A DNA stretch of 61,989 bases, counting the filler, from a bacterium (lineage in GTDB: Bacteria > JALSQH01), in assembly GCA_026985515.1 (NCBI GenBank). It is 6 parts of 6 records of this genome, joined end to end, with 100 filler letters (N's around TTAATTAATTAA, not from the genome) between each part and the next. Parts side by side here need not be neighbours in the genome. Positions count along the whole stretch, not along the records: positions 1 to 26,352 come from JALSQH010000228.1; 5 more parts are not named here. One strand, 5' to 3'. A model generated the notes under the pieces. It made no database searches. It was not told the DNA's origin and saw only the letters and a list, made by a program, of their open reading frames with translations. Below, piece after piece: positions 9,158-18,982 of the stretch. A program made the translations under genes and the position numbers. Position 1 is the stretch's first letter. Each line of letters begins with the position of its first letter.

Positions 9158-9444
9158 TTTACACCTCCTTCAAGAGGTAATTTTTTCTGGTCAACCTTAA
9201 TTTCCCCAAATGTCTGTTCATACTGCTTTATACTGTTCTCAAGAATCATGAGAAACCTCTTGGCATGAAAAGGGGTGGTGGCAACCCTGGCAACTATTTC
9301 TGCCACAGGTTCCTGGGGCTGAAAAAAACCGAAATCAAGGATAAATTCACTTTCGTTAACATGGAGGAAAAGGACATTGGAAAAAACGGGAATCTTTTTT
9401 TCTTCATTTACCTCTACCTTAACTTTCTTTTCATTTCTCTCCAT
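9154..9444 (-). CDS. DUF3467-family protein
   Basis: FSN...SEFILDF...P.HAKR...SIKQYEQTFGEI pattern. Confidence 0.8.
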   Translation of the reverse strand: MERNEKKVKVEVNEEKKIPVFSNVLFLHVNESEFILDFGFFQPQEPVAEIVARVATTPFHAKRFLMILENSIKQYEQTFGEIKVDQKKLPLEGGVN

Positions 9445-10225
9445 CTTGCTCCTCTCTTGCTTTTTTCAGAACCTCTATCATTTCACCATGTATTTTACCA
9501 TTACTTGCCAGAATTTCATAACTTCCAATTTTATACTCTCCGCCACTCATATCCGTTACTCTGCCTCCCGCCTCTTCAACTAAAAGCACCCCTGCAACCA
9601 CATCCCAGGGTTTAAGACCATATTCCCAGAAACCGTCAAACCTTCCCGCTGCAAGGTAGGCAAGATTAAGGGCGGCAGAACCATCTCTTCTAACCCCCTG
9701 AACGGTCAGAACAAAGTGCCTGAACTCGCTCAGGTTTTTTCCTGTGACTTTCACATCATAGGTAAAACCTGTGGCAAGGAGGGCGACCTGCAGGTTGCCA
9801 ATTTCACTGACTTTAAGTTTCTTACCATTTAAAAAAGCCCCCTTTCCCCTTTCAGCATAGAACAACTCGTCAAGGAGTGGATCATAAATGACCCCTATTT
9901 TTATAACTCCATCCTCAACATATCCAATTGAAACGGCAAACTTTGGATAATCGTGGGCAAAATTTGTCGTACCATCAAGGGGGTCAATAATCCATACATT
10001 CCCACCTGTTCCACTCTCACCAGACTCTTCAGCAAGAATCTTATCATCAGGGTATTTACCCTTTATCTGCGAAATGATAAATTTTTCACTTTGAAGATCC
10101 ACATTTGTTACAAGATCAATTTCCCCTTTGAAGTTGATTTCCTTACTCTTTCCGTAATTTTCTCTCAGAATTTTTCCCGCACCTCTGGCGACCTCAATGG
10201 CAAACTCCAGCTTTTCTGAAAACAT
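9431..10225 (-). CDS. suhB: Inositol monophosphatase
   Basis: WIIDPLDGTTNFAH, GSAALNL, WDVVAG; start moved to ATG 10225, which has a GGAGG RBS. Confidence 0.93.
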   Translation of the reverse strand: MFSEKLEFAIEVARGAGKILRENYGKSKEINFKGEIDLVTNVDLQSEKFIISQIKGKYPDDKILAEESGESGTGGNVWIIDPLDGTTNFAHDYPKFAVSIGYVEDGVIKIGVIYDPLLDELFYAERGKGAFLNGKKLKVSEIGNLQVALLATGFTYDVKVTGKNLSEFRHFVLTVQGVRRDGSAALNLAYLAAGRFDGFWEYGLKPWDVVAGVLLVEEAGGRVTDMSGGEYKIGSYEILASNGKIHGEMIEVLKKAREEQDGEK

Positions 10226-10329
10226 CCAGTCACCTCCTTTGTAAATAATATAACACATTGGGGAGGGGGAAGAAAGGGAAAAGAAGGAGACATTTGTGAT
10301 GATAAAATTGTATCCCCTTCATATCCCCC

Positions 10330-10370
10330 TTGACCTCACCAGTCTCATCTGGTATACTGGTATTACCAGT
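10330..10370 (+). promoter_or_regulatory. sigma70 promoter with overlapping FadR-type operator
   Basis: TTGACC-17-TATACT with extended -10 TG; perfect palindrome ACTGGTA-T-TACCAGT at 10356-10370 resembles the FadR-subfamily TGGT-N3-ACCA box. Confidence 0.75.
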
Positions 10371-10371
10371 T

Positions 10372-11082
10372 ATGGGGAAGAAAGAGTTTGAACCTATTGA
10401 GAAGAAGAGGGTTTCTGATCAGATCATAGAAAAGATAAGGGAGAGGATTCTCAATGGTGACTTCAAGCCAGGAGAAAAACTTCCTTCAGAGAGAGAACTT
10501 GCCAGAATTTTCAATGTAACCAGGATACCGATCAGGGAAGCTCTAAAGGCTCTCGAAAAGATGGGGTTTATTGAGATAAATCCCGGTGGTGGTTCCATTG
10601 TGAGAGATATCTTTGGAGAGGGTAACTGGCAGATTCTTCCCTACCTTTTAGCAAAAAGCAATGCTGTGGGAGGAGCTTTTCTGAAGTCTGTTCTGGAATT
10701 CAGAATCCTTGTGGGGGCGGATATGGCCAAGAAAGCAGCCATCAGAAGAGGGAAAGAATTTATAGGAGAACTTCGTCAGGTGATAGAAAAAGAGAAGGAA
10801 ACTGACGATATTTCTCAACTTCAAAAACAGGATCTCAGATTTTTTGAAATTTTAGCTGACGCCTCGGAAAATATTCTATACAGGTTTCTGCTGAACTTCA
10901 TCTCTGATTTCTACATTGAAAACCAGGATATCTTTGAGGACCTGATTGTATCAAAATCCTTCCTCATCGAAACCCACGAGAAAATTCTCAAAGCCATTGA
11001 AAATGGAGACAGTAAAAGTGCCTTTGAAACTGCAGAGGAATATCTGACCAGGGGGATGAAACAACTTTTAAAGGAGAATTAA
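10372..11082 (+). CDS. GntR/FadR-family transcriptional regulator
   Basis: [12 protein letters not shown]...IREAL wHTH plus C-terminal FCD-like domain; ATG 10372 preferred. Confidence 0.93.
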   Translation: MGKKEFEPIEKKRVSDQIIEKIRERILNGDFKPGEKLPSERELARIFNVTRIPIREALKALEKMGFIEINPGGGSIVRDIFGEGNWQILPYLLAKSNAVGGAFLKSVLEFRILVGADMAKKAAIRRGKEFIGELRQVIEKEKETDDISQLQKQDLRFFEILADASENILYRFLLNFISDFYIENQDIFEDLIVSKSFLIETHEKILKAIENGDSKSAFETAEEYLTRGMKQLLKEN

Positions 11083-11083
11083 G

Positions 11084-11518
11084 ATGAAAATCTGCAAGAA
11101 AAAGAGAAGATTTGCCAGAGGTTTTGTCTGCAGAACAGTGATTGCAATTTCTGAGGTGGTCATACCTGAAGGAGAAGGAATAGATGTACCACTTGACAAA
11201 GAAGAATTGATTGAAGAGGTGGACACCTTCCTCCTTCTTGTGGGACCACTTAAAAGATTTTTCATAAAACTTCTCCTGTGGTTCATCAACTATCTTCTTC
11301 CTATTCTCTTCTTAAGATTTAAGCCTTTCTCAAGACTTTCATTTGAAACCAGATACCGCATCATGAAGAGAATTCATGATAGCAAAATCTTCTCAATTCG
11401 CGGGATATACATTCTCACATCGATGCTCATTCTTCCCTATTACTACTCCAGAAACAATGTCCTCAACGCAATAGGATACCCTGTCAATAGATTTAAAAGC
11501 AAAAGTGAGGCAGCGTGA
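11084..11518 (+). CDS. Small partner protein of the GMC oxidoreductase (gluconate-2-dehydrogenase subunit 3-like)
   Basis: AISEVVIP...KPFSRLSFETR...YYS...IGY pattern; overlaps the GMC gene start. Confidence 0.6.
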   Translation: MKICKKKRRFARGFVCRTVIAISEVVIPEGEGIDVPLDKEELIEEVDTFLLLVGPLKRFFIKLLLWFINYLLPILFLRFKPFSRLSFETRYRIMKRIHDSKIFSIRGIYILTSMLILPYYYSRNNVLNAIGYPVNRFKSKSEAA

Positions 11519-13041
11519 TGATTATTGATGGAAGAAAAGTTGAAAAAAATATTAAGATTGACGCAGATGTGGTAATTATTGGATCAGGGGCAGGTGGAGC
11601 ACCTGCCGCATACAGGCTTGCGAAAAATGGGAAAAAAGTAGTGGTTGTAGAAGAGGGTGGCCACTTTACAAAAAATGTATTCAATGGCGATTCTTACGAA
11701 ATGGTCAAACTGATGTACCGTGACGCAGGTTCTGTCCTTACTCTGGGAAACACAGGGATCCTGCTTCCTCTTGGAAGAACTCTTGGAGGGACCACAACAA
11801 TAAATTCTGGAACCATGTTCAGGACCCCCAACGAAGTTATAGATGAGTGGAGAAGGGACTACGGGATTAAAACAATAACTTCCGACCTTCTCAAACCTTA
11901 CTTTGAAGAGGTGGAAGAGATAACCCATACAATGGAAGTTCCCTGGGAACTGATGGGCAGGAATAACCAGTTATTTGCAGAAGGGGCACAGAAACTGGGG
12001 CTTCACGGCTTCCCTCTCAAAAGAAACATGAAGGATTGCAAGGGCAGCGGGGTCTGTCCATTTGGTTGTCCTGAAGATGCGAAACAGGCCATGCATGTTA
12101 CTTACATACCCAGATCAGAACAGTATGGAGCCATTTACTACACATATGCACATGCAGAGAAAATAATTATAAAAAACTCACGCGCCATTGGTATTAAAGG
12201 ACACTTCATGAAGGGGAAATATGGTGTTGAAAAGTCAATCTACACTTTTGAAATAAGAGCCACTGTGGTGATTGTTTCTGCAGGGGCAATCTATACCCCC
12301 GTGATTCTGAAGAGAAACGGCATAGGAAGACATAACAATATGGTGGGTAAAAATCTAAGAATCCATCCCGCAGCAAAAGTAATGGGTTATTTCGACGAAG
12401 AACTCAGCAGCTGGTATGGAATACCCCAGGCCTACTGTGTTGATGAATTTGCAGATGAGTGGATCATCTTTGAGGGATTCTGGTTGCCACCTTCAATGTT
12501 ATCAATTGCTTTACCCTCTTTTGGAAAAGATATTAAAAAAATGATGCTTGACTACAACCATCTGGCCGGCTTTGGAATCATGGTTCATGACTCCTCATCT
12601 GGAATGGTAAAAGTTGCTGGTGAAACTCCACTTCTCTTCTATAACATGAACAAAGAAGACCTTGAAAAATTCAGAAAAGCAATAAGAATAGCCAGTGAAG
12701 TCTACTTTGCAGCGGGAGCAAAAAAAATCTACCCACCCATTTTTTCTCTGGAATCTATCAATTCTCCTTCGCAACTATCAAAAATTGACACCATAAAACT
12801 CAAACCAGACATGCTTGAACTCTCAGCTTTCCATCCCATGGGTACAGCAAGGATGGGTTCCGATCCAAAAGAAGCAGTCGTAAATGAGGAACTTGAAACA
12901 TTTGATGTCAACAACCTCTTCGTAATTGATGCCAGCATATTCCCCACTTCTCTCGGAGTTAATCCACAGGAATCCATTATGGCTTTCTCATCCTATGCAG
13001 CGGACAGAATCATTGCAAGGTGGGATTCACTGAGCAGGTAA
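11515..13041 (+). CDS. GMC-family FAD oxidoreductase (long-chain alcohol oxidase-like)
   Basis: GSGAGG, GGTTTINSG, CKGSGVCPFGCP, HPMGTARMG, GVNPQ. Confidence 0.92.
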   Translation: MMIIDGRKVEKNIKIDADVVIIGSGAGGAPAAYRLAKNGKKVVVVEEGGHFTKNVFNGDSYEMVKLMYRDAGSVLTLGNTGILLPLGRTLGGTTTINSGTMFRTPNEVIDEWRRDYGIKTITSDLLKPYFEEVEEITHTMEVPWELMGRNNQLFAEGAQKLGLHGFPLKRNMKDCKGSGVCPFGCPEDAKQAMHVTYIPRSEQYGAIYYTYAHAEKIIIKNSRAIGIKGHFMKGKYGVEKSIYTFEIRATVVIVSAGAIYTPVILKRNGIGRHNNMVGKNLRIHPAAKVMGYFDEELSSWYGIPQAYCVDEFADEWIIFEGFWLPPSMLSIALPSFGKDIKKMMLDYNHLAGFGIMVHDSSSGMVKVAGETPLLFYNMNKEDLEKFRKAIRIASEVYFAAGAKKIYPPIFSLESINSPSQLSKIDTIKLKPDMLELSAFHPMGTARMGSDPKEAVVNEELETFDVNNLFVIDASIFPTSLGVNPQESIMAFSSYAADRIIARWDSLSR

Positions 13042-13854
13042 TCAGAGGATTACCCTTTTCTTTGGATTAACTGCAAGAACGATCAGGAACAGGAAGGTTA
13101 AAGTAACGACAATTGTCGCCCCTGAGGGGAGATTGAACCAGAAGCTTGCAAAAAGTCCGAGAAGTACCCCTGCAATTGCAAACAGGACAGATAAAATTGT
13201 TAAAAGAAGAAAATCGTAAGTTATCATATATGCAGTGGCCCCAGGTATGACAAGCATCGCAGAAATCAGAATTATTCCAACCATTTTTATAGAAATCACA
13301 ATTGTGAGAGCAACAATTGAAAGGAACATGTAGAAGAGAAAGGCCACCGGGATACCATTTACCACTGCAACCTCCTCATCAAAAGCGGCAAAAATCATTC
13401 TTCTGAAAAAAATTGCAAGAAAAAGCAGTATCAACACCCCAACAGCAACAGCAAGATAGATGTCACTATCAACAAGAGAAAGGATATTACCGAAGAGGTA
13501 CCCCATAATATCCACATTATAATTTTTCGCAAGAGCAATAAATATCACTCCAAGGGCCATGGCAGTGGCAAAGAGGATCCCTATGGAGGTATCTTCATGT
13601 ATCATCCCTCTTCTGCTTATACTTCCAATAGAAATAGCACCAAGGAGAGCAAAAATTATTGCAGTTACATAGGGATTGATACCCAGCAGAACACCAAGGG
13701 CAACTCCTCCAAAGGCAGTATGAGAAATTCCCACCCCTATGAATGACAATCTCTTCAGCACGATGAAAACCGACAGAACTCCTGCAATCACTGCAAGAAT
13801 CAAACCGCCTGTAATCGCTCTCTGCATAAAGGGCATAGATAATACTTCAATCAT
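13042..13854 (-). CDS. znuB: Zn/Mn ABC transporter permease
   Basis: GISHTAFGG, YLFGNIL, PSGATIV. Confidence 0.9.
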   Translation of the reverse strand: MIEVLSMPFMQRAITGGLILAVIAGVLSVFIVLKRLSFIGVGISHTAFGGVALGVLLGINPYVTAIIFALLGAISIGSISRRGMIHEDTSIGILFATAMALGVIFIALAKNYNVDIMGYLFGNILSLVDSDIYLAVAVGVLILLFLAIFFRRMIFAAFDEEVAVVNGIPVAFLFYMFLSIVALTIVISIKMVGIILISAMLVIPGATAYMITYDFLLLTILSVLFAIAGVLLGLFASFWFNLPSGATIVVTLTFLFLIVLAVNPKKRVIL

Positions 13855-14633
13855 CACTTCCCTCCAGAAATGTCGGGGTATCCGCAATTTTCACATTTCT
13901 CATCATGCACAAGAACTCTATCTGCAGCAGGTCCATATACCTTCTTTAATATTTCCGGTTGTGTAAGACACACAGGCGCACCATGATAATGAAGAACTCT
14001 GTTAAGACAGGCAACTTCATGAATATATGATGAAATCACACCAATATCGTGAGAAACCATAACTATGGTGAGATTGAGTTCTCTGTTCAACTTCGTCAGC
14101 AACTGATAAAAATCCTCCTGGGCAACCACATCAACTCCAGTATTTGGTTCATCAAGAAACACAATCTGGGGCTCCCCTGCCAGAACTCTTGCTATGGAAA
14201 CCCTCTGTTGCTGCCCACCTGATAATTTCCCGAAGGGATAATCCTTCCACTCCTCCATGTTAACAAGCTTCAGATAATGCTCAACTCTTTCTTTCCAGTC
14301 AGAGGGCAATTTACCAAACCAGCCCTTAACCATTCCCAGAGCAACAACATCTTTCGCCTTCAATGGAAAATCCGGGTCAAATAAACTTCTCTGTGGCAGG
14401 TATCCCACAATGCCTCTTTTTCTCGCTTCTGCAGGTGAAAATCCAAATATGGAGATTTCACCCTCGTAACTTACAAGCCCTAAAATAGCTTTAAGCAGAG
14501 TCGTCTTTCCCCCTCCATTGGGACCCACAATCCCGAGTATTTTCCCCTCTTCCACATCAAAAGAAATATTCTCAAGAATTCTTCTGCCGGATAGAGTTAC
14601 ATTTAGACCAGAAACCCTCAAAGCTTTTTTCAT
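13854..14633 (-). CDS. znuC: Zn/Mn ABC transporter ATPase
   Basis: GPNGGGKT, LSGGQQQR, LDEP, SHD, CLN; His/Cys-containing tail. Confidence 0.92.
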   Translation of the reverse strand: MKKALRVSGLNVTLSGRRILENISFDVEEGKILGIVGPNGGGKTTLLKAILGLVSYEGEISIFGFSPAEARKRGIVGYLPQRSLFDPDFPLKAKDVVALGMVKGWFGKLPSDWKERVEHYLKLVNMEEWKDYPFGKLSGGQQQRVSIARVLAGEPQIVFLDEPNTGVDVVAQEDFYQLLTKLNRELNLTIVMVSHDIGVISSYIHEVACLNRVLHYHGAPVCLTQPEILKKVYGPAADRVLVHDEKCENCGYPDISGGK

Positions 14634-15469
14634 CTTCCGGTACCTTTCAGTATCTGCTTCAGATTAAACTCCATCATTTCAAAATAGCTGCTCCTATCCT
14701 TACAATCTCTGCATCCAATAGGGTCAAGAAGTATATATCCAACACCTAAATTTTTACATATTTTCTCAAGAAGCTGCCTTCCTCCCACCATTTCACCAAA
14801 GATGACCCTGATGTGATACCTTTCAATTTCCTTCTTTAACTCAAGCATTTCACGGGGTGAAGGCTTGGTCCCAGCACTTTTTATCACAACATCCACTGTG
14901 TTCAGACCATATCTCTTTGCAAGATAATACCAGGCATTGTGAAAAAATATCACATTCTTGTTTTTTATCCTTGATAAATGCTCTCTGTAGCTCTTATCAA
15001 GATTGTCAAGTTTCTCAAGAACCCTTTTTTCATTTTTCAAATAGTAATCCTTTCCATCTGGATCAAGCTTGATTAAAGCAGAAGTCACTGCCACTGCCAG
15101 TTTTTTTACCCTGATCGGATCGAGCCAGAGATGAAAATTGTTGTTTTCCACCGGAACAAGGTCTGAGAATTTTATCACAATAGGTTTTGTGGAAATTCCC
15201 CTTAGAATGCTGCGAAACCATGGCTCTATATGGTCATCCACATACACAGCCACTTTGATATTCTTTAACTTTACCAGATCCACTGGCCTGGGTTCAAATA
15301 TGTGGGGAGAAACATTGGGAGGAAGTATGTTGATAACCTCAACATGACTTCCCCCTATTTCCTCAGCTATGCTTGCAAGAGGAAATATGGAAGTTGCCAC
15401 CCTGATCTGTGCAAGAAGCGGAGAAAACTGAATCAAAATGAACAGGAAAAGAGTAATAACTTTCTTCAT
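14630..15469 (-). CDS. znuA: Zn/Mn ABC transporter substrate-binding protein
   Basis: Signal peptide; SPHIFEP, HLWLDP, HNAWYY and LDP metal-ligand motifs. Confidence 0.9.
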   Translation of the reverse strand: MKKVITLFLFILIQFSPLLAQIRVATSIFPLASIAEEIGGSHVEVINILPPNVSPHIFEPRPVDLVKLKNIKVAVYVDDHIEPWFRSILRGISTKPIVIKFSDLVPVENNNFHLWLDPIRVKKLAVAVTSALIKLDPDGKDYYLKNEKRVLEKLDNLDKSYREHLSRIKNKNVIFFHNAWYYLAKRYGLNTVDVVIKSAGTKPSPREMLELKKEIERYHIRVIFGEMVGGRQLLEKICKNLGVGYILLDPIGCRDCKDRSSYFEMMEFNLKQILKGTGR

Positions 15470-16905
15470 TTCTTCCCTCCACACTTACCCTTTACAAACT
15501 GCCATGAGCCAGGAAATCTGTAATTGATTTCTTCAACTGTGAGACCCTTCTTCAGAAGCCACCTCGTCAGTTCATTCTGAAAAGTTGCAGAGAGATCAAC
15601 CCCGAGACCATTATCAGTAAAGCATGTATAATTGTAAAGTTCTCCCTTTATTCCCCAATTCCATGCCATTTCAAGCATTGCCAGTGGCGGAGAATCAAGA
15701 TGAGGAGTAAGGAAGACACCCCATCCATCAGCCCTTTTTTTCATCATTTCAACTGGATCAGGCTTCTTCAACTGAGGTACAAAAAAATCTTTTTTAGGTT
15801 CAACTCCATCAAGTTTCCCCCTGACCATCTCCACAACATACTCAGCAATAGCCGGCGCAGAGGTGAGTCCGGGAGATCTTATACCTATCACATTTATGAA
15901 ATTGGAAGGTTCATCGTAATCTTCAATTATAAAATCATTTGTACTGGGTTGCGCTCTAATGCCTGCAAAAGTTTTCACAGTGAGTGCAGTGGAAAGGGAT
16001 GGTACAAGTTTTTTCGCCTTCTCAAGAACTTCCTGCAATCCATCCGGAGTGGTAAGGGTATTCTCCCTTTCTGAGTCCTCCAGATTTCTGGCAGTTGGAC
16101 CTATGAGAACATCTCCAGTGACTGTTTTGATAACAAGAACACCTTTAGACACCCTGGTTGGAACCGGAAAAATAACATGGTTCACATCATAATCAGGATG
16201 AGGTTCCAGAAGTATGTATTCACCCTTTCTCGGAATAATTCTGTAACGATCAATCCCTGCCAATGAAGATATTTTGTCTCCAAATACACCTGCAGCATTT
16301 ATGATTATCCTGCCAGAAATTTCTCCACATGTAGTTTCCACATGGGTTATTTTCTCTGCTTCTTTCCTGAAGCCCTTTACTTCGCACGAAAGAAAAGGGG
16401 TTACCCCATTTGCCACTGATGCTCTGAAGAGGAAATTCACAACCTCCATGGGACACACAACTCCCGCTGAGGGAGCATACAACCCAGCAATTGCACTTTT
16501 ATTCAGGTTGGGCTCAAGATCAAAAAGAGCTTTTCCCTCAACAATTTCAAGACCTTCTATTCCCCGCCTTTGACCCCGCTCCATTTCTTCCTTCAGTGTC
16601 TCAACCTCCTCATCCGTAAAAGCAACCACAATGGACCCGATTCTTTTAAAATCAAATCCCAGTTCATCAGCCCACCTGGAATAGAACTGATTCCCCCTTA
16701 CCACCATTTTTGCCCTCATTGAACCATCAGGGTCATCATATCCGGCATGAATTATCCCTGAATTGGCCTTACTGGCACCCTGAAAGGGGAAAGGAGCCTT
16801 ATCCAAAATCGCAATGGAAAGTTGTAATTTGCTCAGTTCATAGGCTATACCGCTTCCTGTTATACCTGCCCCTATTATGACCACATCAAAATTACTTTTT
16901 TCCAT
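15466..16905 (-). CDS. FAD-dependent oxidoreductase, GlpA/L-2-hydroxyglutarate oxidase-like
   Basis: GAGITG, SKANSGIIHAG, PRKGEY, GPTA, FAGIR, SPGLTSAPAIA; start at 16905 has an AGGAG RBS. Confidence 0.88.
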   Translation of the reverse strand: MEKSNFDVVIIGAGITGSGIAYELSKLQLSIAILDKAPFPFQGASKANSGIIHAGYDDPDGSMRAKMVVRGNQFYSRWADELGFDFKRIGSIVVAFTDEEVETLKEEMERGQRRGIEGLEIVEGKALFDLEPNLNKSAIAGLYAPSAGVVCPMEVVNFLFRASVANGVTPFLSCEVKGFRKEAEKITHVETTCGEISGRIIINAAGVFGDKISSLAGIDRYRIIPRKGEYILLEPHPDYDVNHVIFPVPTRVSKGVLVIKTVTGDVLIGPTARNLEDSERENTLTTPDGLQEVLEKAKKLVPSLSTALTVKTFAGIRAQPSTNDFIIEDYDEPSNFINVIGIRSPGLTSAPAIAEYVVEMVRGKLDGVEPKKDFFVPQLKKPDPVEMMKKRADGWGVFLTPHLDSPPLAMLEMAWNWGIKGELYNYTCFTDNGLGVDLSATFQNELTRWLLKKGLTVEEINYRFPGSWQFVKGKCGGKK

Positions 16906-17767
16906 ATTCGACTCCTTTCTCAAAGGCAGTTTCATACTGCAGTGCAAAATCAAAGTCTGGCCTGTGAGCATCACCAGTGAGAATCAATCTTTCATCAGGT
17001 GAGATGCCCCTCCAGTTCGTCAGATCCCATGTAATCTTTAACTTTTCCCTCCAGCCTCTCTCAAGGATAAATTTTCCAGCCACCACAAGGGTATCCACTT
17101 CAACAACTTCTCCCGTATCAAGGGTCACATTCTCAAGCCTCAATCCCCCCTTTAATTCTTTTATTCTCCCCATTATGACCTGCATTTTCTCCGTACCCTC
17201 AGGGAGATGATCTCCTTTAAATATCAGTACCGGTTCAAAGCCACAATCAATGGAAAGATAGGCAAGATCAATGGCATACTCATTATCTCCATAAATTGCC
17301 ATCCTTTTTCCGGGAAGAAAATCGTAGTGAACGAGCATCTCCCCAACCTGATACGCGGAAAAAATCCCTGCCCCTCTGTAACCGGCAAGCAAATTATCTC
17401 CATAAATTATCGGGACTCCACCCACCGCCAGCACTATATTCTCACACTCCACTTCCTTCACTTCGCCATTGTGATAATAGCTCACTTTCATTTTTCGGGT
17501 ATCAATGTCAAATACCCTTGCATTTCTCACAAATTTTCCTTCTTCCCTCTTTTTCCTGAGCAACTCATCTCTGAACTCCACACCTGTGTAATCCTTCTGG
17601 AAGATTCCGGAATGTTTTTTCACATGCTTCAACCATGTGAGTGTGTACATGAATTCATCCCTTCCTTCCAGAAGAATAAAATCATCCCTTTTGCTCTCCA
17701 CAAGGCCATCGGCAAATCCCAGTCCCCCCACACCGCCGCCTATGATGCAGAATCCATACTTTTTCAT
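16892..17767 (-). CDS. Divergent FAD/NAD(P)-dependent pyridine nucleotide oxidoreductase
   Basis: IIGGGVGG FAD loop, IVLAVG, GYRGAGIFSA...LPGK; only about 291 aa. Confidence 0.75.
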   Translation of the reverse strand: MKKYGFCIIGGGVGGLGFADGLVESKRDDFILLEGRDEFMYTLTWLKHVKKHSGIFQKDYTGVEFRDELLRKKREEGKFVRNARVFDIDTRKMKVSYYHNGEVKEVECENIVLAVGGVPIIYGDNLLAGYRGAGIFSAYQVGEMLVHYDFLPGKRMAIYGDNEYAIDLAYLSIDCGFEPVLIFKGDHLPEGTEKMQVIMGRIKELKGGLRLENVTLDTGEVVEVDTLVVAGKFILERGWREKLKITWDLTNWRGISPDERLILTGDAHRPDFDFALQYETAFEKGVEYGKK

Positions 17768-18264
17768 CACAGCCCCCTGTAAAAATTCAAAACTTCTTTC
17801 ATAAAATTTTTTACATTTTCTCCAAAATAGCCCCTTTCAAGTATCTCATTAACCTTTTCAACAGTTTCTTCAAAATCAAGTTTATCTTTCAAAAAGAGAA
17901 GAACGGGGATCATTGGTGAACTGGTAAATAAAATTTCCCTTTTGAAAGCCTCCTTAACTATACGACCATCATCAACGATCATGGGAATTCCTTCACCCAC
18001 AGCAATTCTAACGACATCATCCTCAGCGGGAAAAGAGCAAAAATCTTTTCTCACTTCTATTTTACCCTCTTCAATAAGTTTCTTGAGAACCACACTTTCT
18101 TTGCAACCCTTTCTCAAACTCTCAACCTTCACACTCTCAGGAATAACAACATGCCAGCATTCAAGCACCTTCTCAATTAACCCCGCTCTTGTAAGGTAAA
18201 ACAGGACACTTGTATCTACCACCAGAATTTTACTGGAGGCTATCTTCTCAATTTTTTCAGGCAC
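17767..18264 (-). CDS. PIN-domain protein (DUF3368-like); start uncertain
   Basis: VVDTS, IPESVKVE, AEDD and IVDDG acidic PIN motifs. Confidence 0.7.
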   Translation of the reverse strand: MPEKIEKIASSKILVVDTSVLFYLTRAGLIEKVLECWHVVIPESVKVESLRKGCKESVVLKKLIEEGKIEVRKDFCSFPAEDDVVRIAVGEGIPMIVDDGRIVKEAFKREILFTSSPMIPVLLFLKDKLDFEETVEKVNEILERGYFGENVKNFMKEVLNFYRGL

Positions 18265-18968
18265 CAGTGGGGTTTGTAACCTGCCTCCACTGCCTCCTGC
18301 CATGTCTGGAACCATACACGATTTTTGGGTTTTATCCTCATTGATTCCCTGCAATAGGGGGAGTAAAAATATTTTCCTCTTCTGGAAGCAACATACTTAC
18401 CCAGAATTCTGTCAAACCTGTAGAGTTTTCCGTGCCACTTCTTCTTCCTGTGCTTTTTTCTCTCTTTCAGGTATGGACTGCCAGGTCCCCACAATCCTCT
18501 CCCATGTTCTCTTGCTTCTCTCTCCAGTTTTCTAAAGAGTTCCATATACTTGAACGGGTATCTGGTAAAAGCAAAGGCGTAACCATCTTTGATTATTTTT
18601 GCGTTGAAAAAAGTACCATCAGGGAGGAAAACATAGGCAAGAAGTCTCCCATATTTGTCCCTCAACTGCCAGTCATACTGCAGGTATACAGTTTTACCAA
18701 GGAGATGCTTCTTTGTATATTTTGAAGCCTCCTTTCCAAAATACTGCACCGGTCTTCGGGGATCAACAGTTTCAGGAGTATTTATACCAATTAATCTGAC
18801 TTTCTCATATCTTCCATTCTGGAATCTCACAACAATGGTGTCCCCATCCACCACTCTGACTACTTTGACCTTATCACCTTCAGGTTCAGAATGGAGAGGG
18901 GAAAACGAAAGGAAAAGAGCAACACCGCACAGAAATGAGAGGAAAAGTAGATTTATTCTTTTTGTCAT
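18240..18968 (-). CDS. Secreted thermonuclease (SNase) with C-terminal Ada-like metal-binding domain
   Basis: Signal peptide; VVDGDT, VRLIGINTPE, DKYGRLLAYV, GRGLW; tail YVAS...C...F...EAVEAGY.P. Confidence 0.9.
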   Translation of the reverse strand: MTKRINLLFLSFLCGVALFLSFSPLHSEPEGDKVKVVRVVDGDTIVVRFQNGRYEKVRLIGINTPETVDPRRPVQYFGKEASKYTKKHLLGKTVYLQYDWQLRDKYGRLLAYVFLPDGTFFNAKIIKDGYAFAFTRYPFKYMELFRKLEREAREHGRGLWGPGSPYLKERKKHRKKKWHGKLYRFDRILGKYVASRRGKYFYSPYCRESMRIKPKNRVWFQTWQEAVEAGYKPHWCLKKLRR

Positions 18969-18982
18969 TTCAGATAAATATT

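Noticed and set aside
11084..11140. KRRF as a Tat signal on the GMC partner protein
   Set aside because: Poor match to S/T-R-R-x-F-L-K and no hydrophobic h-region.
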